Notes: generated by a model from the sequence alone, not told the origin. 64,000 nt of DNA from Bacteroidales bacterium (GCA_017438945.1 JAFRUI010000014.1:146360-210359), one strand, 5' to 3'; shown: positions 19,460 through 28,353, counted from the first letter of the stretch. Numbers and translations are program-made.

Positions 19460-20497
19460 ATGTTGACCGTTGTAATTGGCAGTATGGACGAGATTCAACA
19501 TAAACGAGTAATTGTGGCGGGGGCAGGACCTGCTGGCAGTGTCTGCGCCTACCTGCTGCACAAGGCCGGCGTGGACGTGACACTGATCGACAAAGCACAG
19601 TTTCCCCGCGACAAGATCTGCGGCGGCGGACTGACGCACAAGGCCTACAAACTGCTGTCGGAGTTCTATCCTGATTTCCAGTACGATTATAACCCTGTCC
19701 GCCACATCAAGGTTACCGTGAACGGAAAGCACACCTGCGAATTTGATTCAAGTCATGAAATACGTATCGTTCGACGTGAGAAGTTCGACCACGAGCTGCT
19801 GCGACAATACGAGCAGGCCGGCGGACTATTTGTGAATGAAGGACTGAAGAGTTTCCGAGAGGAGAAAGACGGAAGTATCGTGGTGACCCTGTCCAGCGGT
19901 AGGGAGTTGGTTTGTGACTACCTTGTGGGGGCCGATGGAGCAAACAGCTGTGTACGGAGACAAATGATGCCTCAAAAAGACCAAAAGGTGCTGATTTTGG
20001 AGCAATATATGGAGAAAAATGGCGGAAATGAAATAGAAGTTTTGTTGTCAAAGGATTATTCCTGCGGATATTATTACCGCTTTCCGAACAATGACTTCGA
20101 TGCTGTCGGTTACTGCGACCATCAAAACAGTATCGAAAAATTTCGTACTATTCTGAAAAACAAGAATTTAGAAGAGACAACGATAAAAGGAGCTGTCATT
20201 ACAGTCTCTTCGGATTATATCAGGCACGATCGCATTCTCTTGATCGGGGATGCAGGAGGTTTTGGCAACCGAGTGACATACGAGGGGCTTTTCTACGCTT
20301 TCAAGACTGCGGAAAATGCTTGCAAGGCCATTGTGAGTGGACAAAGTTTCTCAAAGGTGAATAGCTTGTTTTTCAAGAAGAAAGATGGGGAACAGCGGAT
20401 GACAAAGTTTTTCTATTCAAGATTTGGCCTTGCTTTCAGCGGATTCTGTTGCCGGTGGCCCCGGTTGGTGAAGTTCGTTTTCGACAGGAATGTGTGA
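19460..20497 (+). CDS. FAD-dependent oxidoreductase, geranylgeranyl reductase family
   Basis: VIVAGAGPAGSVCAYLL...DKICGGGLT dinucleotide-binding motif. The start is uncertain (19460 or the internal M at 19484). Confidence 0.75.
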   Translation: MLTVVIGSMDEIQHKRVIVAGAGPAGSVCAYLLHKAGVDVTLIDKAQFPRDKICGGGLTHKAYKLLSEFYPDFQYDYNPVRHIKVTVNGKHTCEFDSSHEIRIVRREKFDHELLRQYEQAGGLFVNEGLKSFREEKDGSIVVTLSSGRELVCDYLVGADGANSCVRRQMMPQKDQKVLILEQYMEKNGGNEIEVLLSKDYSCGYYYRFPNNDFDAVGYCDHQNSIEKFRTILKNKNLEETTIKGAVITVSSDYIRHDRILLIGDAGGFGNRVTYEGLFYAFKTAENACKAIVSGQSFSKVNSLFFKKKDGEQRMTKFFYSRFGLAFSGFCCRWPRLVKFVFDRNV

Positions 20498-20589
20498 ATC
20501 TTGTTTCCTGTGTAACTGGATGTTTGGTTTCCGACAAGAAAAGAAAGGATAACTATTAGTGGAGGGGTTTCGCGTTAAAAAAGAACGTT

Positions 20590-20718
20590 ATGACAAAAGA
20601 TCACGAATCTAGTTTTAGCGAATCCGACGGCCGCACCAAACTGCTGCGCAACGACGACCAGCAGGAGTTTGTCATAGAGCGCATTAAGGAGCTGTGCGTG
20701 GAGAGTTTCGGGAAATAA
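20590..20718 (+). pseudogene. Collapsed 42-codon copy of the two-TM membrane-protein gene (N-terminal and C-terminal ends only)
   Basis: MTKDHESSFSESDGRTKLLR|NDDQQEFVIERIKELCVESFGK. The 5' part matches 22993-23017 and the 3' part matches 21856-21933. Not in the ORF track. Confidence 0.5.
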
Positions 20719-20733
20719 TAATAGGCGATAGGT

Positions 20734-21057
20734 CTATTCCAATTCCGACAAACGATATGGGATGCTGTTGGGATCTTGGTAATTGTTCCAAACGGCAAGA
20801 ATAGTCACTTTGTCGGACTGAGGAGAATAAAAAACGGTAATTTGTCGAATGGCAATCTTTCGAACTTCACAACCTTTGTATGTTGCACCTTCATATTGCT
20901 CTTCGATATGGGGGAATGAGGCAAGCTGTTCGACATTATCCATTATTCTTCTGTAGGTTTTCCGAGCGGCTCCAAATCCAAACCTGCCAAGCACATATTC
21001 GATTTCGGCGTCAAGTTCACGTTGAGCACCTCGCAACCACTCTATTTCAAAAACCAT
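20734..21057 (-). CDS. Type II toxin, RelE/ParE family
   Basis: MVFEIEWLRGAQRELDAEIEYV...ITVFYSPQSDKVTILAVWNNYQDP. ATG 21057 overlaps the antitoxin stop by 11 nt. The track ORF start at 21198 is an upstream extension. Confidence 0.75.
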   Translation of the reverse strand: MVFEIEWLRGAQRELDAEIEYVLGRFGFGAARKTYRRIMDNVEQLASFPHIEEQYEGATYKGCEVRKIAIRQITVFYSPQSDKVTILAVWNNYQDPNSIPYRLSELE

Positions 21058-21319
21058 ACTTCGAACGGATTGAATCAGAAACTTCCTGATGAGAGACCAC
21101 AGACTCTTCACCAGCTTCAGCCCTACGGATGCGGTCAAGCAGAATGACCTGCATCTCTTCAGCAGTATGTACGTTTGGGGATTGACGTGGAGTGGCAAGT
21201 TCAGAAATCAGCAAGTACACCTTATTCTGGAGCCATTGGCCGATGCTTTCGCGAGTGGTGAGGCTGGGATTAATACGCCTCAAGGTGGCATCATCTACAT
21301 TTATAGTTACTGTACACAT
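21047..21319 (-). CDS. Putative antitoxin partner of the ParE-like toxin
   Basis: 90 aa, directly upstream of the toxin and overlapping it. The family is not recognised. Confidence 0.55.
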   Translation of the reverse strand: MCTVTINVDDATLRRINPSLTTRESIGQWLQNKVYLLISELATPRQSPNVHTAEEMQVILLDRIRRAEAGEESVVSHQEVSDSIRSKYGF

Positions 21320-21457
21320 AGTTTCTATATCCTATTTCGAGCCGTAAAAGTACTATTTTTCCTTTATGCTACGACGCATTAACGAAATTTAACTTTATAG
21401 TCGGTTGCAGATTGTAGATTTCAGGTGTAAAGTCATAGTGTCTATTCCAATAAAGTG

Positions 21458-21465
21458 TACTTTTG
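21458..21465 (+). promoter_or_regulatory. -7 box TACTTTTG
   Basis: 14 nt upstream of ATG 21479. Confidence 0.45.
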
Positions 21466-21478
21466 CCGTCTGAAAAAT

Positions 21479-21847
21479 ATGAATAGAATGAAAAATCATA
21501 CAAAACAAAAGAAACTTCCTGAGGCAGCAGAACCAGTTGATGCTTGTTACGGGGGTGGGGCTGTTTTTATTTTGACGAATCACCATGATGGGATTACAGA
21601 ACGGGAAGCCTTTGTCTTGGCAGATTGTTACGAAGAAGGAAAAGTGTTCCAGATTGTTCAGATCACAGGATGTCATGCAGGTTGGATGGCGGGATACATA
21701 AACGAAGGTATCTTGAAGGATTCTTGTGTTGCTATAACACACGAAGAATTAGTTGAGGCTATCAAGTACAATTTTCTAGGACCGGATTTCAACACAATGC
21801 AGATTTTGGATAAAGGATTGAAGCTGGAAGACTTATCAATTGACTGA
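21479..21847 (+). CDS. Hypothetical small protein (cassette ORF)
   Basis: 122 aa from MNRMKNHTKQ, low GC, no recognisable motif. The GTG start at 21455 lies inside the promoter box. Confidence 0.5.
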   Translation: MNRMKNHTKQKKLPEAAEPVDACYGGGAVFILTNHHDGITEREAFVLADCYEEGKVFQIVQITGCHAGWMAGYINEGILKDSCVAITHEELVEAIKYNFLGPDFNTMQILDKGLKLEDLSID

Positions 21848-21849
21848 AA

Positions 21850-21933
21850 TTCGGTCTGCTGCTCAACGAAGACCAGCAGGAGATTGTCATAGAGCGCATT
21901 AAGGAACTGTGCGTGGAGAGCTTTGAAAAATAG
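21850..21933 (+). pseudogene. 3'-terminal remnant of the two-TM membrane-protein gene
   Basis: FGLLLNEDQQEIVIERIKELCVESFEK-stop, in a different frame from the preceding ORF. About 87% nucleotide identity to 20641-20718. Confidence 0.6.
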
Positions 21934-21942
21934 AAAAAAGAC

Positions 21943-21950
21943 TATTTTTG
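21943..21950 (+). promoter_or_regulatory. -7 box TATTTTTG
   Basis: 20 nt upstream of ATG 21970. Confidence 0.45.
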
Positions 21951-21969
21951 CCATCCCAAACTGAATGTT

Positions 21970-22815
21970 ATGAGACCAAAACTGTTATTATTGGCCCTAT
22001 GTCTGCTCTACCTCGCTGGCACGCCGCTCGTAGGGTCCGCGCAGGATCCTGGCCAAAGGGAGCTGTTGGAGCGGGCTTACGATACAAAATCGTACGTCCT
22101 TTTGGAACAGTTCTTCGACAATTGGCAGAAGGAATATGCTGATAACGAGGCGGAAGCACCCGACAAATGGGTCGCGGAAGCGCACAAGGTGTTCGCCGCA
22201 ATGCTACGTCCGGATATTTCCTCGGAGATTGGGATTGAGGTTCTCGGACCAGTGCTTGTCGTACAAAGCACGTTGGATAAAATAGGTTATGTGAATAAGA
22301 AATCAATGGCTTTTCAAAAAGGTGATTTGGACAAAACAGTATATGTCACTGTTGATTCCGCCATAGATTTCCGACCGAAATACCAAATCGAAGGACTTAC
22401 GGCAGTTTATCTGACTGAAGGTTATAAAACTATCGTCAACGATTATCTTACAACATTCATACTTCCTCCGTTGGAAATTGAAACATTTGATGATTGGGAG
22501 ATGACGGAAACAGATAGTATATGGAATATAACTGGCAATGAGAAGGAACCTTACGACTTAGAGGAGGCAAAATTACAAGAAGAATTAGAGAGAATATTTT
22601 TTTTGAGAGATTATGCCGGTTCGATACTCTGCCATTACTTTTTGGCGTCCGTGATCACCCCTTTTTTCTCAATAGACAAGATTATATTTGACCGCTCCTT
22701 TCAATATGCTGTTGTAGAATATCATCAGTGCAAACGTGGCGGCACCATCGTGCTTAAAAAAGTGAAAAACAAATGGACTTTCGACCATCTATATGAAAGG
22801 TGGGTTTCCAGTTAG
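21970..22815 (+). CDS. Hypothetical secreted protein
   Basis: 281 aa with signal peptide MRPKLLLLALCLLYLAGTPLVGSAQ. No recognisable domain. Confidence 0.6.
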   Translation: MRPKLLLLALCLLYLAGTPLVGSAQDPGQRELLERAYDTKSYVLLEQFFDNWQKEYADNEAEAPDKWVAEAHKVFAAMLRPDISSEIGIEVLGPVLVVQSTLDKIGYVNKKSMAFQKGDLDKTVYVTVDSAIDFRPKYQIEGLTAVYLTEGYKTIVNDYLTTFILPPLEIETFDDWEMTETDSIWNITGNEKEPYDLEEAKLQEELERIFFLRDYAGSILCHYFLASVITPFFSIDKIIFDRSFQYAVVEYHQCKRGGTIVLKKVKNKWTFDHLYERWVSS

Positions 22816-22956
22816 TAAAGGGTTTCAGCTAATAGCACTTTTTTATTATTGTGTGGAACTATGCCTAAGCGAAACACTTGTTTTTATTAACTATATATGA
22901 TAAAAATTGTGTTAAACTTCTTTTTATAAAGTATAATTCATAAAATTTATAATCCT

Positions 22957-24546
22957 ATGCCAACAAACCCCGATTCAGACAAAAACGAGCTCGACGGCCG
23001 CACCAAACTGTTGCGCAGTCGCCCGGAGCCGGATCTCATACTCTTTTTCGGTCTGTGTACACTCATCGGTTCTGCATTCTGTATTATCGGCTTGATTTCC
23101 CTTATCTGGTGGATAATAGACGAGTGGCCCGATATATTTGGCATATTGTTTTTTATATTGCTACTGATGTTACCTGTCGCTTATACTTTATATGCTTTGG
23201 ATATGCTTGTTTGGCAGGTTAAGGGTGCCGAAACCGTGTCGTATGATGAAAACGGTATCGTAATCCATCTTAAAAAACTCATTGATAGGGAAACAACTAT
23301 TCCTTGGAACAGTATTGTGGAAGTGGAAAAATACAAGTCACCTTGGTGGATTTATTTCAGGAGGTCATACTTGTATGATGCCTCTCTTCGAATACATTAC
23401 ACGTCGGAGAATGGGAATCCAAACACGATCAGATTCGGGTTGCTGCTCAACGAGAAGCAGGAAGACATTATAATTGACAGAATTTACGAGCTTCGAGATA
23501 AATTTTCAACAAAAATGGATTATAACGATAGTGCCATCACCCTTTTCACACTGAAAAACGTCAACGGCCTCCGGGCAACCATCACAAACCTCGGAGGGCG
23601 CATCGTGTCGATGTTCGTGCCCGACAGAAATGGTATCCTGCGCGATGTGGTGCTCGGGTTCGAAAACGTGGAAGACTATCTTCCCGAAAACCACCGTTCC
23701 GATTTCGGGGCGGCGATCGGAAGATACGCGAACCGGCTGAACAACGGGCAGATAACCATCGACGGGAAAACGTACCAGCTGCCGCAAAACGATGGCAAGA
23801 ACTGCCTGCACGGCGGTCCTGACGGCTGGCAGTACCGCATCTTTAACGTTGAAGAAGTGGGCGACAACCGGCTGGTGCTGAGCTTGGTCAGCGAGGACGG
23901 CGACAGCGGGTTCCCGGGCAATGTGTGCGCCCGTGTCACCTACATGCTGACGGACGACAATGCGCTGGACATTGTGTACGAGGCGGTTACGGACGAGCCG
24001 ACGGTCATCAACATGACCAACCACAGCTACTTCAACCTCAACGGCGACGCTTCCACTGACATCCTCAACCACCTGCTGACCATAGACGCCGACCGCTACA
24101 CGCCGATCGGGGAAACCTTCATTCCCACGGGCGAGTTGGCTTCCGTTGAAGGCACACCGATGGACTTCCGGTGGCCCAAGCCGATTGGCCGCGACATCTC
24201 TGCCGACTTTGAGCAGCTGCGCATCGGCCACGGCTACGACCACAACTGGGTGCTGAACACCAAAGGCGACGATTCCCGTCCGTGCGCGCACTTGGAGAGT
24301 CCCGTAACGGGCATTGCCTTAGAGGTTTACACTACCGAACCGGGAATGCAGGTCTATACCGGCAACTTCCTCGACGGCACAGTTGTCGGGAAGGGTGGGG
24401 TAGTCTATCAACAGCGGGCGGCCGTCTGCCTCGAAACGCAGAAGTTCCCTGATTCGCCGAACCAGGGATGGCCGGAATCGGATGCGATTTTACGGCCAGG
24501 GGAGGTTTATCGGAGTCATACGATGTTTCGGTTCTCGAAACAGTAG
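22957..24546 (+). CDS. galM: In-frame fusion: two-TM membrane domain (about 186 aa) + aldose 1-epimerase
   Basis: The N-terminus has two TM helices plus a soluble domain ending FGLLLNEKQEDIIIDRIYELRDKF. From MDYNDSAITLF (about 23515) it is a full mutarotase (NHSYFNL, HGGPDGW). No stop codon separates the two parts. Confidence 0.8.
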   Translation: MPTNPDSDKNELDGRTKLLRSRPEPDLILFFGLCTLIGSAFCIIGLISLIWWIIDEWPDIFGILFFILLLMLPVAYTLYALDMLVWQVKGAETVSYDENGIVIHLKKLIDRETTIPWNSIVEVEKYKSPWWIYFRRSYLYDASLRIHYTSENGNPNTIRFGLLLNEKQEDIIIDRIYELRDKFSTKMDYNDSAITLFTLKNVNGLRATITNLGGRIVSMFVPDRNGILRDVVLGFENVEDYLPENHRSDFGAAIGRYANRLNNGQITIDGKTYQLPQNDGKNCLHGGPDGWQYRIFNVEEVGDNRLVLSLVSEDGDSGFPGNVCARVTYMLTDDNALDIVYEAVTDEPTVINMTNHSYFNLNGDASTDILNHLLTIDADRYTPIGETFIPTGELASVEGTPMDFRWPKPIGRDISADFEQLRIGHGYDHNWVLNTKGDDSRPCAHLESPVTGIALEVYTTEPGMQVYTGNFLDGTVVGKGGVVYQQRAAVCLETQKFPDSPNQGWPESDAILRPGEVYRSHTMFRFSKQ

Positions 24547-24570
24547 AGACGCGCCATGGCACGTCTCTAC
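24543..24570. repeat. REP-like palindrome GTAGAGACG CGCCATGGCA CGTCTCTAC
   Basis: A 9-bp perfect stem that overlaps the galM stop codon. Confidence 0.7.
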
Positions 24571-24632
24571 AAAAAAACACCGCCAAGTGAGATGACGGTG
24601 TTATTTGTAGCTGTTAGGAACGGAATGTCCCA

Positions 24633-24660
24633 AAAGTCTTAGGTCCTAAGTCTTAAGTCC
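24633..24660. repeat. Heptamer array, 4 units (AAAGTCT TAGGTCC TAAGTCT TAAGTCC)
   Basis: Ends at the nucleotide before the DUF937 gene stop codon on the minus strand. Confidence 0.85.
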
Positions 24661-25158
24661 TTATTTCTTGAAAATTTTCCCAAGCAGGCCGCCGAGGACC
24701 TTGCCGGCATTGGAGCTGCTGCTAGAGTTGGAGGCACCGCCCAGCAGTCCGCCAAGGATGTTGCCGATGTTGCCCGTGCCGGCCCCTTTGCCCAAAACGG
24801 AAAGGAGATTCGGAGCGATGGAGGCCAAGATGTTGGAAACCTGATCGTTGGTGGTGTTGGTCTGACCGCTCAAGTTGGAAACCACGGAACCCAGATTGCC
24901 GCCGAAGACTTTTTGCAGAATCTTCATGCCGTCTTCGATGTTAATGCCCATACCTTGACCTGCGTGGTTGCCCAGAGCTTGGGTTAATGCGGCTGCGCCA
25001 GCGGCAGTTCCAGCGTTTTTCTGCATTGAACTCAGAAATTTAGGGATAGCGGCCTTGATGACTTCGATGATTTTTTTCGGGTCAATTTTGAACTTTTTGG
25101 AAATCTCTTCGATGAGGTTGTTGCCCGTGAGCGAGGAAATGATACTGTTTAGATCCAT
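24661..25158 (-). CDS. DUF937-like protein with Gly/Asn/Leu-rich repeats
   Basis: 165 aa, MDLNSIISSLTGNNLIEEISKKFKIDPKK... with GGLLG repeats. Confidence 0.55.
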   Translation of the reverse strand: MDLNSIISSLTGNNLIEEISKKFKIDPKKIIEVIKAAIPKFLSSMQKNAGTAAGAAALTQALGNHAGQGMGINIEDGMKILQKVFGGNLGSVVSNLSGQTNTTNDQVSNILASIAPNLLSVLGKGAGTGNIGNILGGLLGGASNSSSSSNAGKVLGGLLGKIFKK

Positions 25159-25232
25159 AATGATAAATTTTTAAGGTTTGATTATACGAGGGCAAAAGTA
25201 CATTTTATTCTGATACGATGTTCATGTAAAAT

Positions 25233-25263
25233 GGCTTTTGGCTTTTAGCTAGTAGCTTTTGGC
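25233..25263. repeat. Heptamer array, 4.4 units (GGCTTTT GGCTTTT AGCTAGT AGCTTTT GGC)
   Basis: Abuts the stop codon of the minus-strand gene at 25264. Confidence 0.85.
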
Positions 25264-25875
25264 CTATTCCTCGTCATTTTCTTCGCTTTCCTCAATCTGA
25301 CTGATGATTTCCTCCGCGTTGCGGATCACCGATTTGTGCATCTTCCATCCGATGAATCCGCCTATTCCACCACCAATTAGTGTAGCAATGATAATGGTAA
25401 TTGTTAACTTCCAGTCTTTCAATTGAATATAGTATTCGATAGAGAGCCAGACAAGCCATACGATACTCATTGCAATACCATATTTCAGCCATTTTTGGTA
25501 GTTGTCACGTAGCTGTTTCATCACTTTGGCAACGGTTACCAGATCGCCGCTCATTGTCTTGGCATTCACATCCTTATGGTACTTCCAGGTGAAGAAATCG
25601 CACACGAGCATCATCAAGATGGTGGCGGCAATGAACCACCAGCTGAATCCCAAACTTCGGAGAGTGGTCAGTGCGCTGAAAATCACGAAAATAGAGGCGG
25701 TGATGCCGATCCATGCGGTGGTGTTGATGGATTTGGCCTTATGCTGCATCGTGTCGCGAAGAAGCTTGTCGGAAACGATGGTCTCCTTGTCTAATTTGTC
25801 CTTCAGCAGTGCGATTTGCGCACGCATGGTTTCCAATTCGCTGTTGTTTATTTCATTGTTTTCCATAACTAACAT
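25264..25875 (-). CDS. Membrane protein downstream of the ECF sigma (possible anti-sigma-like partner)
   Basis: 203 aa with an N-terminal coiled coil, 4 TM segments and an acidic tail. It overlaps the sigma gene stop by 7 nt. Confidence 0.5.
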   Translation of the reverse strand: MLVMENNEINNSELETMRAQIALLKDKLDKETIVSDKLLRDTMQHKAKSINTTAWIGITASIFVIFSALTTLRSLGFSWWFIAATILMMLVCDFFTWKYHKDVNAKTMSGDLVTVAKVMKQLRDNYQKWLKYGIAMSIVWLVWLSIEYYIQLKDWKLTITIIIATLIGGGIGGFIGWKMHKSVIRNAEEIISQIEESEENDEE

Positions 25876-26360
25876 TCTTGATTGTCAGACATTTTCATTA
25901 ACTGTTGTTTGATTCTAACCAACTTCACGGAAACGTTTTTGGCGGAGATGCCGGCGATAGCTCCGATCTCCTCGTAGCTGAGGTTCTCCAGCCAGAGCAG
26001 GACGAGGGCGCGGTCCATGATGCCCAGCTTGTTGATGCGCGCATAGAGCTGGCGGATCTGCTTGGTGTCCTCGTCGGTGTCGGTGTAGAGGTCGGCGGCC
26101 ATTTCGAGGGGCACGCGCTCGCCGCGCCGCTTCTTCTTGCGGTCGTCGGAGATGCAGGTGTTGAGGGCGATACGCCATATCCAGGTGTCCACCTTCGACT
26201 CGCCCCTGAAACTGTCGAAGCCTTTCCAGAGGTTGATGAGGACTTCCTGGAACAGGTCGTTGACCTCGTCGGCGTCCTTGGAGAACATGTAGCAGACCGT
26301 ATAGACGGTGCTTTTGTGCTCCCGGACCATTCGTTCAAAATCTGTTTCTTTCTTTGTCAT
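25869..26360 (-). CDS. ECF-type RNA polymerase sigma-70 factor
   Basis: 163 aa. Region 2 reads DLFQEVLINLWKGFDSF...TWIWRIALNTC and region 4 reads LSYEEIGAIAGISAKNVSVKLVRIKQQL. Confidence 0.85.
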   Translation of the reverse strand: MTKKETDFERMVREHKSTVYTVCYMFSKDADEVNDLFQEVLINLWKGFDSFRGESKVDTWIWRIALNTCISDDRKKKRRGERVPLEMAADLYTDTDEDTKQIRQLYARINKLGIMDRALVLLWLENLSYEEIGAIAGISAKNVSVKLVRIKQQLMKMSDNQEC

Positions 26361-26425
26361 TGGTTTAGAATTACACAGGTTAGACGCAGGCGGTATGGAA
26401 AAACTACAAAGAATGTTTTATGGCG

Positions 26426-26433
26426 CAAAAATA
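26426..26433 (-). promoter_or_regulatory. -7 box TATTTTTG for the ECF sigma operon
   Basis: 66 nt upstream of ATG 26360 on the minus strand. Confidence 0.4.
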
Positions 26434-26523
26434 GCAAAATGACACAGCGCTTCTAATCGAGCAGGAACCATGTTCAATTTTTTTGAACACAGCTTCTTTT
26501 TTGAACAAGATTGCATTTGTCCT

Positions 26524-26555
26524 CCCGCAGAACGCGCAGACTTCCGCAGAAAAAA
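26524..26555 (+). repeat. 32-nt direct repeat, copy 1 (CCCGCAGAACGCGCAGACTTCCGCAGAAAAA)
   Basis: 30/32 identical to 28238-28269. Confidence 0.85.
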
Positions 26556-26624
26556 ATCACATGCAAATACGTGCGATACGCGGAGATAAAAAATCGTATT
26601 TTCGCACCTGTAAAATTCACCGTT

Positions 26625-28229
26625 ATGAATCACCATCGACATACACATTTGGTCATATTCTTCGCCTCTGTGCTGCTATTGTTAGCGTCGCGGCCTGCGC
26701 GGGGACAGCAGCGGTTCACGGTGATTCGGGACACGGTGTATGTTAACGATTTGGCACCATATAACAAAATGTCCGAAACCTATTTGACCAATATCAGGAA
26801 GTATCGAGACTACTATTTTTGCAAATTTTATGAATCATTAAAGTTCGAACATAATTCTTGCATGACGTTGTTGGCAATTTCCGTAAAGGATGGCACTTCT
26901 AAAATAGTTGAAAAACCAATGGGCATAGACGATTTCTGGAATGTCAACCTGTTCATTTGGAATGATACGCTGTATCTCGGGGCTTCAGATTACAATTATA
27001 ACAAAAAAGGCTATTATTTCGATTATGACAAGTGGCAATGGCATTCTGTATCGCATATTCCGAACTATTTTTATGAAGATGAAAACTATTATGTGGTTCC
27101 GCGATCTAATATCGATTTGCTTTTCGTTGATAAAAATACCACATGGTATCCCGAGACAAAAAACGGATGGTTGCAGATGGAACCCGTCAATCGGCCCTAT
27201 TTGAACCATTTTGCGGGAAGTCGGATTATCAGAACAAAAGACCAATATCTTTTCATTCGTAGGGGAAAAATTGACAGTTTGCCCATCAGTCGTCCAGGCG
27301 AACCCGGCCATGAAAACACCTTGGGCAAAATTTTTGAGGAATTCAGGTTCTATCCAACTTCTAAGTGGGTGTTTGAGGGAGATCCGACTAACTATGGTTT
27401 CCGGTGTGGACTTGGTGACAGCCATATCGGATACCGAGAACCCATATTGGACACGGTGTTTCACAATGCCTTATATGTTAATGACCGGTTGTATTTTATC
27501 ATCACCGTTCAAGACAGAACTTTCATAGCGCGAAAAGAAAATGTCGTATTTCGGGAAGTTCAACCTCTGTTTCACAACATTAAAATAACATTAGAGCTTG
27601 ATGACAACGATTTAAATCGCGCGCCAAACAGTTGTCATCTGCATTTCTCAAACAGCACCCGTGATTATGGGACTGTTGATATAGAGGACACGACGGTCTT
27701 TATCCGATGCTTCCTCTATCATCATCAGGAAGAGGACTCGCTGCCTATCGTCCCTGATAATGCCACAGTGCCCATCCTTGATTTCCTTCTGCACAATCTG
27801 CCTGACATCTCTTTGTCTAAATTGGACAGTTGCGAGCAACAACTGTCTGAAGTCGGATTAGGTCGTTTTATGCCTCTGAATAACGGCTATTTTCCGATTG
27901 CCTATCAAAACGACAAAAAGTACGCCAAGTATCCCTATTACAGAATTTTAGATGATGGATTAGTATGCCGAAGGGCTTATTGCGTACACAAACAGGATTC
28001 AGTAGTAAAAGGGGTCTTCATAGAATGGGGACGTTCCTATTATGGGCCTCACGGATGGGACAAAAAGGATTGGAACGAGGGGATCAAAGGTAAATGCGAG
28101 GAGGTTTCCGACATTCTCACTCAACTCACCGGCACGAAACCTGAGCAAGATTACCAAATTTGCAGGAAATGGACTTATAACGGATTGACAATCAAGCTGT
28201 ATGATTACGGGTGCATGGTTATTTACTGA
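26625..28229 (+). CDS. Orphan secreted protein, 534 aa, low GC
   Basis: Signal peptide MNHHRHTHLVIFFASVLLLLASRPARGQQ. Rich in Y/W/N/D, with no recognisable domain. An imperfect -7 box TATTTTCG lies at 26597-26604. Confidence 0.6.
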   Translation: MNHHRHTHLVIFFASVLLLLASRPARGQQRFTVIRDTVYVNDLAPYNKMSETYLTNIRKYRDYYFCKFYESLKFEHNSCMTLLAISVKDGTSKIVEKPMGIDDFWNVNLFIWNDTLYLGASDYNYNKKGYYFDYDKWQWHSVSHIPNYFYEDENYYVVPRSNIDLLFVDKNTTWYPETKNGWLQMEPVNRPYLNHFAGSRIIRTKDQYLFIRRGKIDSLPISRPGEPGHENTLGKIFEEFRFYPTSKWVFEGDPTNYGFRCGLGDSHIGYREPILDTVFHNALYVNDRLYFIITVQDRTFIARKENVVFREVQPLFHNIKITLELDDNDLNRAPNSCHLHFSNSTRDYGTVDIEDTTVFIRCFLYHHQEEDSLPIVPDNATVPILDFLLHNLPDISLSKLDSCEQQLSEVGLGRFMPLNNGYFPIAYQNDKKYAKYPYYRILDDGLVCRRAYCVHKQDSVVKGVFIEWGRSYYGPHGWDKKDWNEGIKGKCEEVSDILTQLTGTKPEQDYQICRKWTYNGLTIKLYDYGCMVIY

Positions 28230-28237
28230 TTGTTTTA

Positions 28238-28269
28238 CCCGCAGAACTCGCTGACTTCCGCAGAAAAAG
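28238..28269 (+). repeat. 32-nt direct repeat, copy 2
   Basis: CCCGCAGAACTCGCTGACTTCCGCAGAAAAA. The inverted CTGCGGG lies at 28291-28297. Confidence 0.85.
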
Positions 28270-28307
28270 ATCTGCACGGATCAGCGTAGTCTGCGGGAAA
28301 ATGTCAA

Positions 28308-28342
28308 CAGCTCACAGCTCACCGTTCACTAATCACTAAAAA
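28308..28342. repeat. Heptamer array, 5 units (CAGCTCA CAGCTCA CCGTTCA CTAATCA CTAAAAA)
   Basis: Ends 3 nt before the galK -7 box. Confidence 0.85.
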
Positions 28343-28345
28343 TCG

Positions 28346-28353
28346 TACCTTTG
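28346..28353 (+). promoter_or_regulatory. -7 box TACCTTTG for galK
   Basis: Part of the 20-nt block CGTACCTTTGCCCCCTGAAA, which is also present upstream of recA. Confidence 0.55.

Noticed and set aside
20641-21933. The 78-nt repeated modules as possible integron attC sites.
   Set aside because: They are clearly the 3' coding ends of a paralogous gene. They have only a trivial 6-bp inverted repeat (CTGCTG...CAGCAG), and no integron integrase gene is nearby.
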